Of a stretch of DNA of 64,000 nucleotides, positions 12,701 through 22,303 are shown piece by piece; position 1 is the first letter of the stretch, and each line of letters opens with the position of its first letter. The position numbers were made by a program, and so were the translations under genes. This stretch comes from Pachysolen tannophilus NRRL Y-2460 (lineage: Eukaryota): positions 1,259,989 through 1,323,988 of the forward strand of contig KV454014.1 in the NCBI GenBank assembly GCA_001661245.1, in the 5' to 3' direction. The notes under the pieces are model-generated. The model ran no database searches, was not told the origin of the DNA, and worked only from the letters and a program-made list of their open reading frames with translations.

Positions 12701-13398
12701 GATGTCAGTTCTGCAGCTGTAAATATATCAATTACAGCAACAAGTCCCGATTCGCTAGTACTAATTATGCTGCTAGCAATGTTGTTACTTATACTACTAA
12801 CACTACTGGTGGTGTCATCGCTGCTAGTGGTGGTACTACTCGTACTGCTACTTAGTGATGTCGGCACCGTTATTGATAATAAATAGTCGTAAATTGAGCT
12901 ACTGGATACACTTGCCAGCAAATATCCGTCATAATAGTTTAAATAACTTGAGCTCATCGATGATCCTGAGCTTGAGCCAGAAGTATCTTCTGCTAATAGA
13001 CTAGAAGATGTTTCAGTCGGAGTAGTATTAGATGACGATAAAATAGAAGAATCGGAAGTTGATAAACTTGAACTTGAACTGGAAGAATCGGAAGTCGTTG
13101 AACTTGAGCTTGAACTAGAAGAATCGGAAGTTGTTAAACTCGAACTTGAAGCTGAACTTGGCGTTGAGCTAGAAGAATCGGAAGTTGATGAACTTAAGCT
13201 TGAAACTGAACTTGATGTTAAGCTAGAAGAATCGGAAGTTGATGAACTTGAGCTTGAAACTGAGCTTGAAGTCAAGCTAGAAGAATCTGAAGTTGTTAAA
13301 CTTGAACTTGAACTTGAAACTGAACTTGAAGTCAAGCTAGAAGAATCTGAAGTTGATAAACTTGTACTTGAAACTGAACTTGAACTTGAACTGGAATA
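9733..13398 (-). CDS. MSB2: Body of signalling mucin Msb2 (Ser/Thr region, HMH domain, TM, cytoplasmic tail); lacks its own ATG and signal peptide in this orientation
   Basis: Open frame from TAT at 13398 to the stop at 9733. HMH-like 'ITVGFTEGLNFEFVVQNSLSSAQIFEYLP', single TM 'IVAIVIGTVGGCIVYF', C-terminus 'ISVPVQQRNSLGWS' typical of Msb2. The ORF-track start at 13335 is a TTG inside the repeats. Confidence 0.88.
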   Translation of the reverse strand, partial: YSSSSSSSVSSTSLSTSDSSSLTSSSVSSSSSSLTTSDSSSLTSSSVSSSSSSTSDSSSLTSSSVSSLSSSTSDSSSSTPSSASSSSLTTSDSSSSSSSSTTSDSSSSSSSLSTSDSSILSSSNTTPTETSSSLLAEDTSGSSSGSSMSSSYLNYYDGYLLASVSSSSIYDYLLSITVPTSLSSSTSSTTTSSDDTTSSVSSISNNIASSIISTSESGLVAVIDIFTAAELTSAFTSSSSYTSSESETSDAVSYSYNPSSSDNDFSDIDPYYYTSSSTSSSTDLDIVSSSLSTTSSLSPTYTGSSSSSEPAILVPDLFISISSSSQDSIYDSYSTGSDSSIEESYYTSSELTNSYSYTLTPMQTLESTSSTSSYDDSDYGDSSAILQGVSTSLTSSQFLFGSISTSTSESNSLTSSTSDDFSELPYILAVESSSITSSLQFIPTSTSDVLSSITSSASFDFDTSETFSSVSESSTFSFSTSISQSITASSSSEAIVATNAFIQTELSGHSLSSSESSSISSTESLSSLVNSFSTTSSFESLGLYDDFESSSTEVDYTSTNSFTTSPTSELSITTETSSISSSASYSESGYDISSTVSNLYLNILSSLSSSSDFNTLASTSSSSLVATTETASFSSLPSSSASSSGISTAFVAFSSETASSSETSKLTASGSFQEQSSLQTSSASYSSFESTRSTSIGIISAGGSSSTSKSNDIVSLTSSVASLKTSTSLSSGQSIPGVSLTRLSETTSGVVSSVITSSSSVSATASSVSSDVSGVIPLGTTVTGSSGSTASSLFTTSSTTNWLPETIVTQATTTSSSTVSSSVSSGYATILPKAIAPLETEVPSLDSELITVGFTEGLNFEFVVQNSLSSAQIFEYLPNSLLYPFGSDVDNSTIFVKELVPYTASGISYVITVAEVYFPSKYVSELELLIGNISSSFYDNPDLTELALSNLVDPSVPLVGLVSTSTNVETGSSNSEASLDPYSSGEGQYSLEQLGIIGGQDSDTGSTTSTSTKDKKIVAIVIGTVGGCIVYFILMIVIFRIRRGKNLKLVLNTDSSDTSGTGPLSMDEVISRNSNLFFGQIRLPPNGTNSSSLQFGYNSNNNSGNSGNIFANNSNATTPTNNNINNNNHSNHHYHSDSNGSNVYSSVYRAATAATPATAAAAAAAAASTAGTNSTHNSFVHSHRSPSSSGSKSTYLQTDPSRHHARKISVPVQQRNSLGWS
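13039..13398 (-). repeat. Ser-rich tandem repeat block (SVSSSSSTSDSSSLTS-like units); left arm of an inverted repeat
   Basis: On the minus strand it begins TATTCCAGTTCAAGTTCAAG and ends TCTATTTTA, with recurring (T)CCGATTCTTCTAG / CAGATTCTTCTAG cores. Confidence 0.9.
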
Positions 13399-13847
13399 TA
13401 ACTTTTTATAGTTGCATATTCCTAATAAATTACTACTGAAATTGTTATAATATGGCCAAGCGTTGCCTTCACCAACTTTTTTTTTTTTATTTTAGATTTA
13501 TATATATATAATTTAAATCTTTTTTTAGTCAAGAGAAAAAAAGTTAAATCAAATACTTGATTGGTGTCAAGTCTTTCTTTCATTATTGGTTTTTTTTTTT
13601 TATCTAATTTCTTTCTCTCGTTTTTTTTTAAAAAAAAAAAAAAATAGATGTAAAGATCTATCAATAGAAGTTGATTGAAATAATTTTTAACAATAATACC
13701 GTGAAGTGGTATCAATTAGAAAATAACACTCACTCACTATCAAAAAGTTGATATAGAAAATAAAATAAAAAAAAAAACAAATAAATTGAAAAGAAAAACG
13801 CAAATGAGAATAAGAAAATAGTGGTAGATAAAGATAAAGTTTTAAAA

Positions 13848-13854
13848 TATAAAA
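13848..13854 (+). promoter_or_regulatory. Putative TATA box for the MSB2 5' cassette
   Basis: TATAAAA about 100 bp upstream of ATG 13952, inside the invertible segment. Confidence 0.4.
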
Positions 13855-13951
13855 GCTAAATAGAATTAATCAAGAAAAGCTAAAAAAATAATATACATAC
13901 ATATATTTATTCTTATGGATAGAGAACATACCTGAAATATAGACAGATAGA

Positions 13952-14509
13952 ATGAAGAAATTGTACAATTTATTAATAGTGCTAATACTAGTGATATCAC
14001 CAGTGGTGGAGGCCGTTGTGATACGAGATCTATTTATACCATTGAATAATCATAATGTCGAAGAACAGGATTTATTGGATAGAATAAATGCCCAGATAAA
14101 AAATATGGCTCGTTCATTTAAAAAAAGAACTGTAAATGACGGTTATTCTAATTCTTTTACTAATTCTACTATTAGTAGTGTCACGAGCAGCAGTGTCGCC
14201 AGCAGTAGTTCCAGCAGCAGCAGCAGTGATACAGTTTCGTCATCAGCAAGTCAAGATATCTCACAGGATCTTGAGACCACTTCATCATCAATAATACTGT
14301 CATCACTCTCCAGCTCACTTTCAACATCGTCTTATTCCAGTTCAAGTTCAAGCTCAGTTTCAAGCTCAAGTTCAACAATTTCCGATTCTTCTAGCTTAAC
14401 ATCTAGTTCAGTTTTAAGCTCAAGTTCATCAACTACCGATTCTTCTAGTTCAACGCCAAGTTCAGTTTCGAGTTCAAGCTCAACATCATCTATTTTAGAT
14501 TTCTCATGA
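13952..14509 (+). CDS. MSB2: 5' part of MSB2 (signal peptide, KKR dibasic site, start of Ser/Thr region) fused to a short repeat copy and stop; 185-aa secreted product in the assembled orientation
   Basis: MKKLYNLLIVLILVISPVVEA signal-like peptide, 'SFKKR' Kex2-like site, then the same SVSSSSSTxSDSSSLTS repeats as the minus-strand body. Confidence 0.8.
   Translation: MKKLYNLLIVLILVISPVVEAVVIRDLFIPLNNHNVEEQDLLDRINAQIKNMARSFKKRTVNDGYSNSFTNSTISSVTSSSVASSSSSSSSSDTVSSSASQDISQDLETTSSSIILSSLSSSLSTSSYSSSSSSSVSSSSSTISDSSSLTSSSVLSSSSSTTDSSSSTPSSVSSSSSTSSILDFS
14333..14497 (+). repeat. Right arm of inverted repeat (shorter, diverged copy of the MSB2 Ser repeat block)
   Basis: Starts TATTCCAGTTCAAGTTCAAG (20/20, and 31/32 identical to the left-arm start) and ends TCTATTTTA like the left arm. 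14357-14484 aligns with minus-strand 13260-13133 at roughly 90% by eye. Confidence 0.9.
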
Positions 14510-15429
14510 GATGCATAAATGTTAAGTACCACACAACATGGATAAGAAAGATATACAATTCGAAGAAATCGAAGAAATCAAAGAAAGAACTTGATAGAAA
14601 AGAAAGAAATTGAGAAAGAAAAATATAGATTCAAGGATAGATAGATAGTTCTATAAGTCAATTTAATTTTCTCAATTCAAGAGTTCTAGAAGTCAAATAT
14701 ATTTTTTTTTATTACTTCTTAATTCTTAATGATTTTCCTTTATATTATAAGGTACTTTATATAATCAGCCTAATTAGGAAAATTAAATGCATATTTATTA
14801 TGGAAATGGCAAGGGGAGCTAATATATATATGTATTGTCTAAATTTCTGGCACGTATAAAATAAAAAAGATACAAGGGAAATATTTGTGTACCGATTAGT
14901 TAGTTGTAAAGTATTACAAATATGACTCAATTTTTTTGGAAAATAAATTGTTAAAATGTACATCAACTAAATTGGAAAATTAATAAATCTTAATAGAGAG
15001 GTTAAATGTGAATAATGACACTCAATTGGAAAAAAAAAAAAAAAAAAAAAAATTAAATAATGAGTTCGGGTATATACGAGGTTCAAAGCTAAGTTAAGTG
15101 AATCACTTTTACTTTTACTTTTAACTAGACTAATTAGTTTTCTTTTTTATATTTAGAAGAAAACAAAAAAATAAAATAAAAAAAAAGTCCCCGCGTCAAA
15201 AGTCATATAGAAAATCCGTACTCATGTCATGTCACATACTTTTTTACATTTTTTTTGTTTTTATGTCACTCCTTTTAACTCCGTGGAAGTGTTTTCTTTT
15301 TTTTTTTTTTGTTTTTCCCCATTAGTTATAAAAGCATCTTTGTATTTATTTTTTATCTTTATATATCATCTGAATTCATTTATCCATCTTTCAATTATTC
15401 AAACAGCGGTTCCATTGAAACCAACAAAA

Positions 15430-15983
15430 ATGGACGTTGTATCACATCAGTTTGTTCCAGTAAATGAGAAGTGTAGTTATAAGTTTATTCTGAGTTACCT
15501 GTTTACAATAATCAATAAGAATAATTTAATCAAAGATTTTAACAATTTGATCCAAAAAATTAAAGAAATAGGTAATCATGATAATGAAACTCTTGTACAA
15601 TTATATTGTTACAACTACACATTAACCGCCCATGAACTGTGTTTACTTCAAACTGAGTTGTAAGTACTAGACGTTCAACCTCTTACATATATTTATTTCC
15701 CCCTTTTTTTTTTTTTTCTTTGGTATTAATTACTAAAAAAAAATTTAGAGTCAAACATAATTTGAATCCAAATTGTAAATCTAGAATGTGTTTGGACATA
15801 AATCCATCCAAAAAATTAATTAAAGAAAATTTTTTCACATTACAAAAATCAAATCAACCTGTTTATACAGAAACACTAGTCAAACTAATATTGACACTTG
15901 TAGATGAAGAAAATGAATATGATCACATTTTATTAATATGCAAGAATTTTAACACCCTTAAACAATTATTTAAAGCTTATTAA
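15430..15983 (+). CDS. Two-exon ~154-aa protein (exons 15430-15659 and 15749-15983); possibly Spo16-like (XPF/ERCC1-like ZMM protein)
   Basis: GTAAGT donor at 15660, TACTAAA branch-like site at 15731-15737, TTTAG acceptor ending at 15748. Splicing (TT|A) joins ORFs 15229-15663 and 15720-15983 in frame. The C-terminus resembles a HhH-like motif. Confidence 0.7.
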
Positions 15984-16157
15984 CTTAACAACAGCACGAG
16001 ATGTTTTTTAACACAATAAATTACTTATAGCTAGCTTAGTGGATTGATGATTTAATGGATGATAGGTTGGTGACTCTGGGCCAAAAACCGTAGGAGGCTT
16101 ACTGTCTTTTTGTAAAGGTTTTTAAAGGGAGTTTCCGCCAATTATATTATAAAAGTT

Positions 16158-16167
16158 GCACGTGGGG
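16158..16167 (+). promoter_or_regulatory. Pho4-type E-box GCACGTGGGG upstream of PHO81
   Basis: CACGTG at 16159-16164 with G-rich flanks, about 370 bp upstream of the PHO81 ATG. Confidence 0.65.
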
Positions 16168-16182
16168 TCCAATTTGTATGTT

Positions 16183-16220
<38 letters not shown>

Positions 16221-16530
16221 CTTCCGTCTCGTTTTGGTGGACATGTTGATCCGTATTCAGGTAAAGAAAAGGTTAGGGAAAATATCAGAAACCGAAGAAG
16301 AAGCTCTCTCTCTCATTTTTTGTTAGGGGGAAAAAAAAATTTCAATAGATCAATTATTATATATATAAATATATATATCTGTTGATATATGTATATATAT
16401 GGAGAGATAGAAAAATTTCTATATCTATCTATATATATATCTGTATATATATATATATATATATGTATGAGTAAGCAGTTTTATCTGTAAATTATATCCC
16501 ATATACATATATATATTATATATATAAATA

Positions 16531-19500
16531 ATGAAATTTGGTAAATATTTGGCTGCTAGGCAATTAGAATTTCCAGAGTATTCAGGACAATTCATAAATT
16601 ATAAAGCTTTAAAAAAATTAATTAATTCATTGGCGCTTCCTTCACATTTTAATGATAGTAATCTTGATCAAGAATCAATTTTAAAAGAGAAAAAAGGTTC
16701 ATTTTTTTTTAAACTTGAAAGAGAATTAGAAAAAGTTAATTCATTTTATCTTGAAAAAGAATCTGAATTAAGAATAAGATTAGATATATTAATTGAAAAA
16801 AAACAAAAAGCATTATTACAAGGTAGATTAGATAATAATAAAAATTCAATTGCTTATCTTTCATTATATGATGGATTTAAAAAATTTAGTAAAGATTTAG
16901 ATAGATTAGAACAATTTGTTGAATTAAATGAAATTGGATTCACAAAAGTTTTAAAAAAATGGGATAAAAGATCAAAATCTCATACAAAAGAATTATATTT
17001 AACTACAGCGGTTAATGTTCAACCTGTTTTCCATAGAAATGAAATTATTGAATTAAGTGATTTAGTTGCTAATAATTTATTAGAATTAGAAGCTAAAGCA
17101 GAAGGTGATAATATTATAAGATATTCTAGAGATATTGAAAATGTTAAAAAAATTGGTAATACAAGTAGTGGTGCTAGTGGTGATGAAGCAACATCCGAAG
17201 ATAATAGACATAATTTAAGTGATAGGGAAATCGATGATTTATATTCCGAATATGTTACTGTTATAACTCAATTACAACAAATGCAACAACAGCAATATGG
17301 TCTTGATTATTCATCTTTAAATAATTTTTATAATAATGTAAGCAAAATTGATGATATAAAAATTTCGAAAATTTTCTTATTATCAGCTTCAAATTATAAG
17401 ATTCATGATGATTTATTACAAGATTTTTATAATCGTTTTGCTAATAAGATTGATTTATCAATAGTTGATGATTTAAATGGAAGAAATTTTTTACATGAAT
17501 CTTCATTATGTAAAACTAATAATATGAGAATTTTCTTGATACAATTATGTTTACAAAATGAAAAATTAGATCCAACAATAAAAGATATTTCAGGTAAAAC
17601 TGCATTACATTATTCATCAGAAATTGGTAGAGATGATATTTTGAAATTATTAATTGAAAATACTCCTCATTCAGAATTGGATTCATTAGATAATGATTCA
17701 ATGACCCCATTATTGTTGGCAATAATAAATAATAAAATTCTGTGTTTGAAATTATTATTAGATAATGGTGCAAATCCATTACCTTTACAAGATGATATTA
17801 GACCAAAATATTTACCCTTAAACGTTGCTTGTAAAATAGGAAATTTAGAAATAGTTGAATTATTATTAAATCATACGAATAATCAAGATCATATTTTTCA
17901 ACCAAATGCTGAAGGTTTGTTACCATTACATATAGTTGCAAATTTTGGACATCATCAATTAATACCTATATTAATAAAATATGGTGCAAAAATAAATCAA
18001 TTGGATAAATTAAATAAATGGGCTCCAATTTTTTATAGTGCTACAGAAGGTCATAGTCAAACTACTTTAAAATTAGTTGAATATGGTGCTAATTTTAATT
18101 TAAAAGATGAAGAAGGTTTAAAACCATTATATTATGCTGCATGGGAAGGTCATGTGGGAGTTTTAAATGTTCTTCTTGATGCTCTGAAAAAGGAAAAACT
18201 AAAGGCTGAAAAGGCATCTGCAAAGCCAACAGAACCAGAAACATCATTAATTCATGATAGAGGCCAACTGTCGGTTCCTCCTCCTGTTTTAAAATTTAAT
18301 GAGAGTAACATTAATAATATTGAATTAATACCGGACTTATCATTACCTCCTCCAATTATTCCTGTCAGGAAGTATGGTCATAATTTCTTAGAAAAAAAGA
18401 TTTTCCTAAAGTTGAATTTCTATACTGGACGAGATTCAATTAAATTATATAAAAATCAATTTCTTTCATCAATACCAGGTAGAGTAACTATCAATTGTGC
18501 TCAAAATGATATAATTCCAAGAAACTTATTATTACCAATACTTGATATTGATAAAACTATAACTTTCCAAATTGATTCATTGAAAAATTTCCAGATTGAC
18601 TTTGAATTATATCCAACTTTTGGTACAAGATTAATAGCAAAGACAACATTATTGTCTGTTATGTTCAATGATAATGAATCTAGATCTTGTTTCAGTGATA
18701 TTAATGACAATGTAAATCTTGTTGGAGACTTAGTTTTACCATTATTTGATATCAGACTTAAGAATTTAGGTGACTTGAGATTTAACTATCAAATTATTTA
18801 TCCGTATTCTGGTATTCCATTAGAAATTAGTGAATATGATACATATTGGAAATCAACTAACAATAACAGCGAACTTGACCATTCAAATAATGATAAGGCT
18901 ATATCGGTTACAACAACTAAGAGGTCTTTTTCATTTGTTACAGCATCATCATTATCAGGTGAATATTATAGAATATTTATTTGTATGTTGAATGATGGTA
19001 CACCAATAGTTTGCCCTGATTGGAGGATTGATGTAGGAAATGGGTTGAAAATTCCAATTTCGAACTTGACCTTGAGTCAATTAAATAATATAGTTGGTGA
19101 TGTTTCAAATTTAATCAATGAATCATTAACAGGTAATAACAACAAGAATTTATTGAGCAGAATTTATACACCTTTAGATTTATTTCTAGAGAAAATTCCA
19201 ATTAATATTTCATTAGATTTAGAAATATTTTATCCAACTTTATATGAATCAAATTATTCAAATTTACAAATTGCTAAAAATGCAGTTGGATTAAATAACA
19301 ATTTGAACAAATACATCGATTCTATACTTTCAATTGTGTTTGAACATGTTAGATCAAGTTCTTCCACTAAAAATAGATCTAGATCTTTAGTTTTTTCATC
19401 AAGCAATTCAATTGTATGCACGATTTTGAATTGGAAACAACCAAATTATCCCGTTTTCTATATAATGAATGGTATTAAAGTTGATAATGACAGTAGTAGT

Positions 19501-20055
19501 AATAACACTTTTAAGAAAACAACTGCAAACGGATTTGAAGTATTAGAAGAAAATTGTCTTAATAAAATTAAGGAAAAAATAGTGAGAAAGAATCTTAGTA
19601 ATATGTTATCAGTCAATTCATCTTCCTCATCATCAGCATTATTAGAAGAGCATTTATCATCTTTACAAAGTCAACAAATGAATATAGAAAATATCGATAG
19701 CATTAACAAAAACTCAAATATTTATAATAATGAACTTTTAACCCAAGATTCCATAACTAGATCTGTAAAGTTAAGCACAAATTTTGCAGTTATGAATAAT
19801 TTATTAGGTATAATAATTCCAAGTAAATTAATTAAAGTTTGTCCCGAATTGATCAAAAATATAAGATTAAGAGGACTAATTTTAGTCTCTTCCAATGATA
19901 TCAGCGACCAAGATGCAGACACAGACTTAGATGAAGTCGATGACGACACAAAGATGGATATCGATGGCAACATTGCCAGAATTGGAGAAAATGACGATGT
20001 TAATGGATTAAAATTTAACGGTATTTTAAGTTTTAAAGATGCTATAGATATGTGA
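16531..20055 (+). CDS. PHO81: CDK inhibitor Pho81 (SPX + ankyrin repeats + GDPD-like domain)
   Basis: MKFGKYL...YKALKK SPX start, ankyrin repeats (GKTALHY, MTPLLLA, GLLPLHIVA), 'LPPPIIPVRKYGHNFL' minimum domain, 'LNWKQPNYPVF'. Confidence 0.95.
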   Translation: MKFGKYLAARQLEFPEYSGQFINYKALKKLINSLALPSHFNDSNLDQESILKEKKGSFFFKLERELEKVNSFYLEKESELRIRLDILIEKKQKALLQGRLDNNKNSIAYLSLYDGFKKFSKDLDRLEQFVELNEIGFTKVLKKWDKRSKSHTKELYLTTAVNVQPVFHRNEIIELSDLVANNLLELEAKAEGDNIIRYSRDIENVKKIGNTSSGASGDEATSEDNRHNLSDREIDDLYSEYVTVITQLQQMQQQQYGLDYSSLNNFYNNVSKIDDIKISKIFLLSASNYKIHDDLLQDFYNRFANKIDLSIVDDLNGRNFLHESSLCKTNNMRIFLIQLCLQNEKLDPTIKDISGKTALHYSSEIGRDDILKLLIENTPHSELDSLDNDSMTPLLLAIINNKILCLKLLLDNGANPLPLQDDIRPKYLPLNVACKIGNLEIVELLLNHTNNQDHIFQPNAEGLLPLHIVANFGHHQLIPILIKYGAKINQLDKLNKWAPIFYSATEGHSQTTLKLVEYGANFNLKDEEGLKPLYYAAWEGHVGVLNVLLDALKKEKLKAEKASAKPTEPETSLIHDRGQLSVPPPVLKFNESNINNIELIPDLSLPPPIIPVRKYGHNFLEKKIFLKLNFYTGRDSIKLYKNQFLSSIPGRVTINCAQNDIIPRNLLLPILDIDKTITFQIDSLKNFQIDFELYPTFGTRLIAKTTLLSVMFNDNESRSCFSDINDNVNLVGDLVLPLFDIRLKNLGDLRFNYQIIYPYSGIPLEISEYDTYWKSTNNNSELDHSNNDKAISVTTTKRSFSFVTASSLSGEYYRIFICMLNDGTPIVCPDWRIDVGNGLKIPISNLTLSQLNNIVGDVSNLINESLTGNNNKNLLSRIYTPLDLFLEKIPINISLDLEIFYPTLYESNYSNLQIAKNAVGLNNNLNKYIDSILSIVFEHVRSSSSTKNRSRSLVFSSSNSIVCTILNWKQPNYPVFYIMNGIKVDNDSSSNNTFKKTTANGFEVLEENCLNKIKEKIVRKNLSNMLSVNSSSSSSALLEEHLSSLQSQQMNIENIDSINKNSNIYNNELLTQDSITRSVKLSTNFAVMNNLLGIIIPSKLIKVCPELIKNIRLRGLILVSSNDISDQDADTDLDEVDDDTKMDIDGNIARIGENDDVNGLKFNGILSFKDAIDM

Positions 20056-20392
20056 TTTTATTTTTATTTTATTTTACTTTACTTTATTTTAAATTCTTTT
20101 TTTTTTTCTTTTTTTTTATTCACTTTTTATCTAGTTTTAATTTTTCATCTCTTACTGATGCTCTTTTTATTTGCTGTTTCTTAATTAATTCCATGTAAAT
20201 AGGATTGTTTATATATATATATATATATAATGCACATGTACGAGAATCGAATTTAGACTGTTTTTTTTTTTTAAGCGGACATTACCCGATGATCTATATG
20301 ATGTGAAGATCTTTTTGTATTTCTTAAATTACTTTGGTTGATTTGAAATTTTCCATTTTGCTTTTCATTTTCAATTTTTGTTTGGGTCACAA

Positions 20393-21433
20393 ATGAACAA
20401 GTACGATGCTGTTGTTGTATCTGATTATATATCTATAGATTTGGTTATTTCAGTATTGTTAAAAACATATTTTAATCCCCTTTATACGTGGTTTTTTAAT
20501 TTAATATTTTATTTCATAACAAGACAAGAATTAATAATTTTTCTTTGGTTACCTATTATAATAGATGTGATATATTTGATATTGAATTTGAATGATTATT
20601 TTAAATTGAAGCTTTTTGGGAGTTGTAAATTAGAGAAAAATGACAATATTTTAATTACTGGAGGAAGTAGAGGGTTAGGTTTTAAAATTGTACAAAATTT
20701 AGTGAAAACAAAGTTATATCAAAATCTTATAATATTGGATATTAAAAATTTAAATTTTGAACCTGAGTATATGGTGAAAAATAATATTCATTATTATTAT
20801 TGTAATTTGAATAATGTTGATGAAGTTTCACAATTAGTTGATAAGATTTTGATAAAATATCAAGAGATTAATTTATTAATAAATAATGCTGGAATAAAAG
20901 AAGATAGTGGTACAGGATTTTTAAATTTAAAATTAAATAAATTTGATGAATTGATTAATACAAATTTAAAATCTCATTTTATAATATTACAAAAAATAAT
21001 ATCTAATTCTATTAAGAATAATACAAAGTTGTATGTTTTAACAATATCTTCAATATTAGCATTTATAAGTCCCAGTAATTTATCAATTTATTCATCAACA
21101 AAATCTTCATTATTATTATTAATTGAATCATTATTTTATGAATTTTATTATAAAGAAAATTTGAAATTTTTAGTAATCTTACCGGGGCAATTAGATACTC
21201 CAATGTTTAAAAATAAAATTAGAAAAAATTCATTTAAGAAACAATTTTTATCACCAATTATTGAAAGTAATAAATTAAGTTTAAAAATTATTCAGCTCTT
21301 GGAACAAGGTAATACAGGTTGGTATTTTTATCCATTTTACTGTAATTTCATACCTTTATTAAAGATGTTACCACTTACAATTTATCATTTTCTAAGATTA
21401 TTCAGTGAAATGGATAAAGAAATTTTTGAATAA
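20393..21433 (+). CDS. TDA5: Membrane-anchored short-chain dehydrogenase/reductase, Tda5-like
   Basis: TGGSRGLG, NNAG and YSSTK motifs. First ATG at 20393. Near MAG2, as TDA5/MAG2 are in S. cerevisiae. Confidence 0.75.
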   Translation: MNKYDAVVVSDYISIDLVISVLLKTYFNPLYTWFFNLIFYFITRQELIIFLWLPIIIDVIYLILNLNDYFKLKLFGSCKLEKNDNILITGGSRGLGFKIVQNLVKTKLYQNLIILDIKNLNFEPEYMVKNNIHYYYCNLNNVDEVSQLVDKILIKYQEINLLINNAGIKEDSGTGFLNLKLNKFDELINTNLKSHFIILQKIISNSIKNNTKLYVLTISSILAFISPSNLSIYSSTKSSLLLLIESLFYEFYYKENLKFLVILPGQLDTPMFKNKIRKNSFKKQFLSPIIESNKLSLKIIQLLEQGNTGWYFYPFYCNFIPLLKMLPLTIYHFLRLFSEMDKEIFE

Positions 21434-21471
21434 ATTTTTGTTAAAAAAATATATATATACATATATATATA

Positions 21472-22026
21472 TTAATTTTTCTTTTTATTTAATACTTCAA
21501 TATAGTCATCATTTAAAAATTTTTTAAATAAATCATAATTTAAAAACCCAGTTTCTTCATATAATTCGGTAAATGGTTTACTACTTACTTTTTTATCTTT
21601 ATCATTTAAAGTAATTGTAATTTTATAAGTTGGTGGAATATTTTTTTTTTCAACTATAGTAGCTACTGTAATTTTATCACCTGTAATTTCATTCTTCCCC
21701 ATATATTTAATATTATGTTCAACAAATTTAATATAAATCCAATTAATACCACTAATAACGTAAAAACTTGCAATAACATAAATCATATACCAATAATATT
21801 CTTCATTCTTAAAATCATTCTTAAATTTTTTTTCTAAATAAAATAATAACAGAGAAAGAAATATTGAAGTATATGTTAATGCTAACCTTATATCAATTAC
21901 ATGGAAATCTTGAGAATATCCAATAGATTCAAAAAAATTAGACAAATTATCATCACAATTTGTTTTCAAATCATAAACAGAATTCAAATTGATCTTCTTC
22001 TGTCCTTCAACCATCTTAGAACTCAT
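21472..22026 (-). CDS. SPC2: Signal peptidase complex subunit 2
   Basis: 'KINLNSVYDLKTNCDD...GYSQDFHVIDIRLAL', two TM segments, 'KPFTELYEETGFL'. First ATG at 22026. Confidence 0.85.
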   Translation of the reverse strand: MSSKMVEGQKKINLNSVYDLKTNCDDNLSNFFESIGYSQDFHVIDIRLALTYTSIFLSLLLFYLEKKFKNDFKNEEYYWYMIYVIASFYVISGINWIYIKFVEHNIKYMGKNEITGDKITVATIVEKKNIPPTYKITITLNDKDKKVSSKPFTELYEETGFLNYDLFKKFLNDDYIEVLNKKKN

Positions 22027-22303
22027 ATTCACCACCAATTCCGGTATTATTAATTAATTAACAACGTTTTCATCATCAACCGTATATAAAAGAAAAGTTT
22101 AAAAAATTAAAAAAAAAATAAAAAAATTAAAAAAAAAAATAATATAAATAAAGTGTTTTGCCACGAATAGGATATTTGTATATTTATTTAATATACAAGC
22201 AGCAATTAATTTATCATTAATTATAATGGTAAGTTATTGTTTGTGTTATTCATCATTTCATTAGGCATAGGAACATTTGTTTGCATTCGGTGCTTTTGTT
22301 TAA

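Noticed and set aside
13335..13480. ORF-track start of the 1200-aa mucin as a genuine N-terminus
   Set aside because: It is a TTG inside the repeats, the short upstream open frame has no ATG, and no signal peptide is present.
13039..14497. Transposon/MITE or CRISPR interpretation of the repeats
   Set aside because: The arms are the gene's own coding repeats; no transposase, target-site duplication or unique spacers are visible.
16030..16140. Possible box C/D snoRNA (TGATGA at 16045)
   Set aside because: No matching CTGA D box or terminal stem found nearby.
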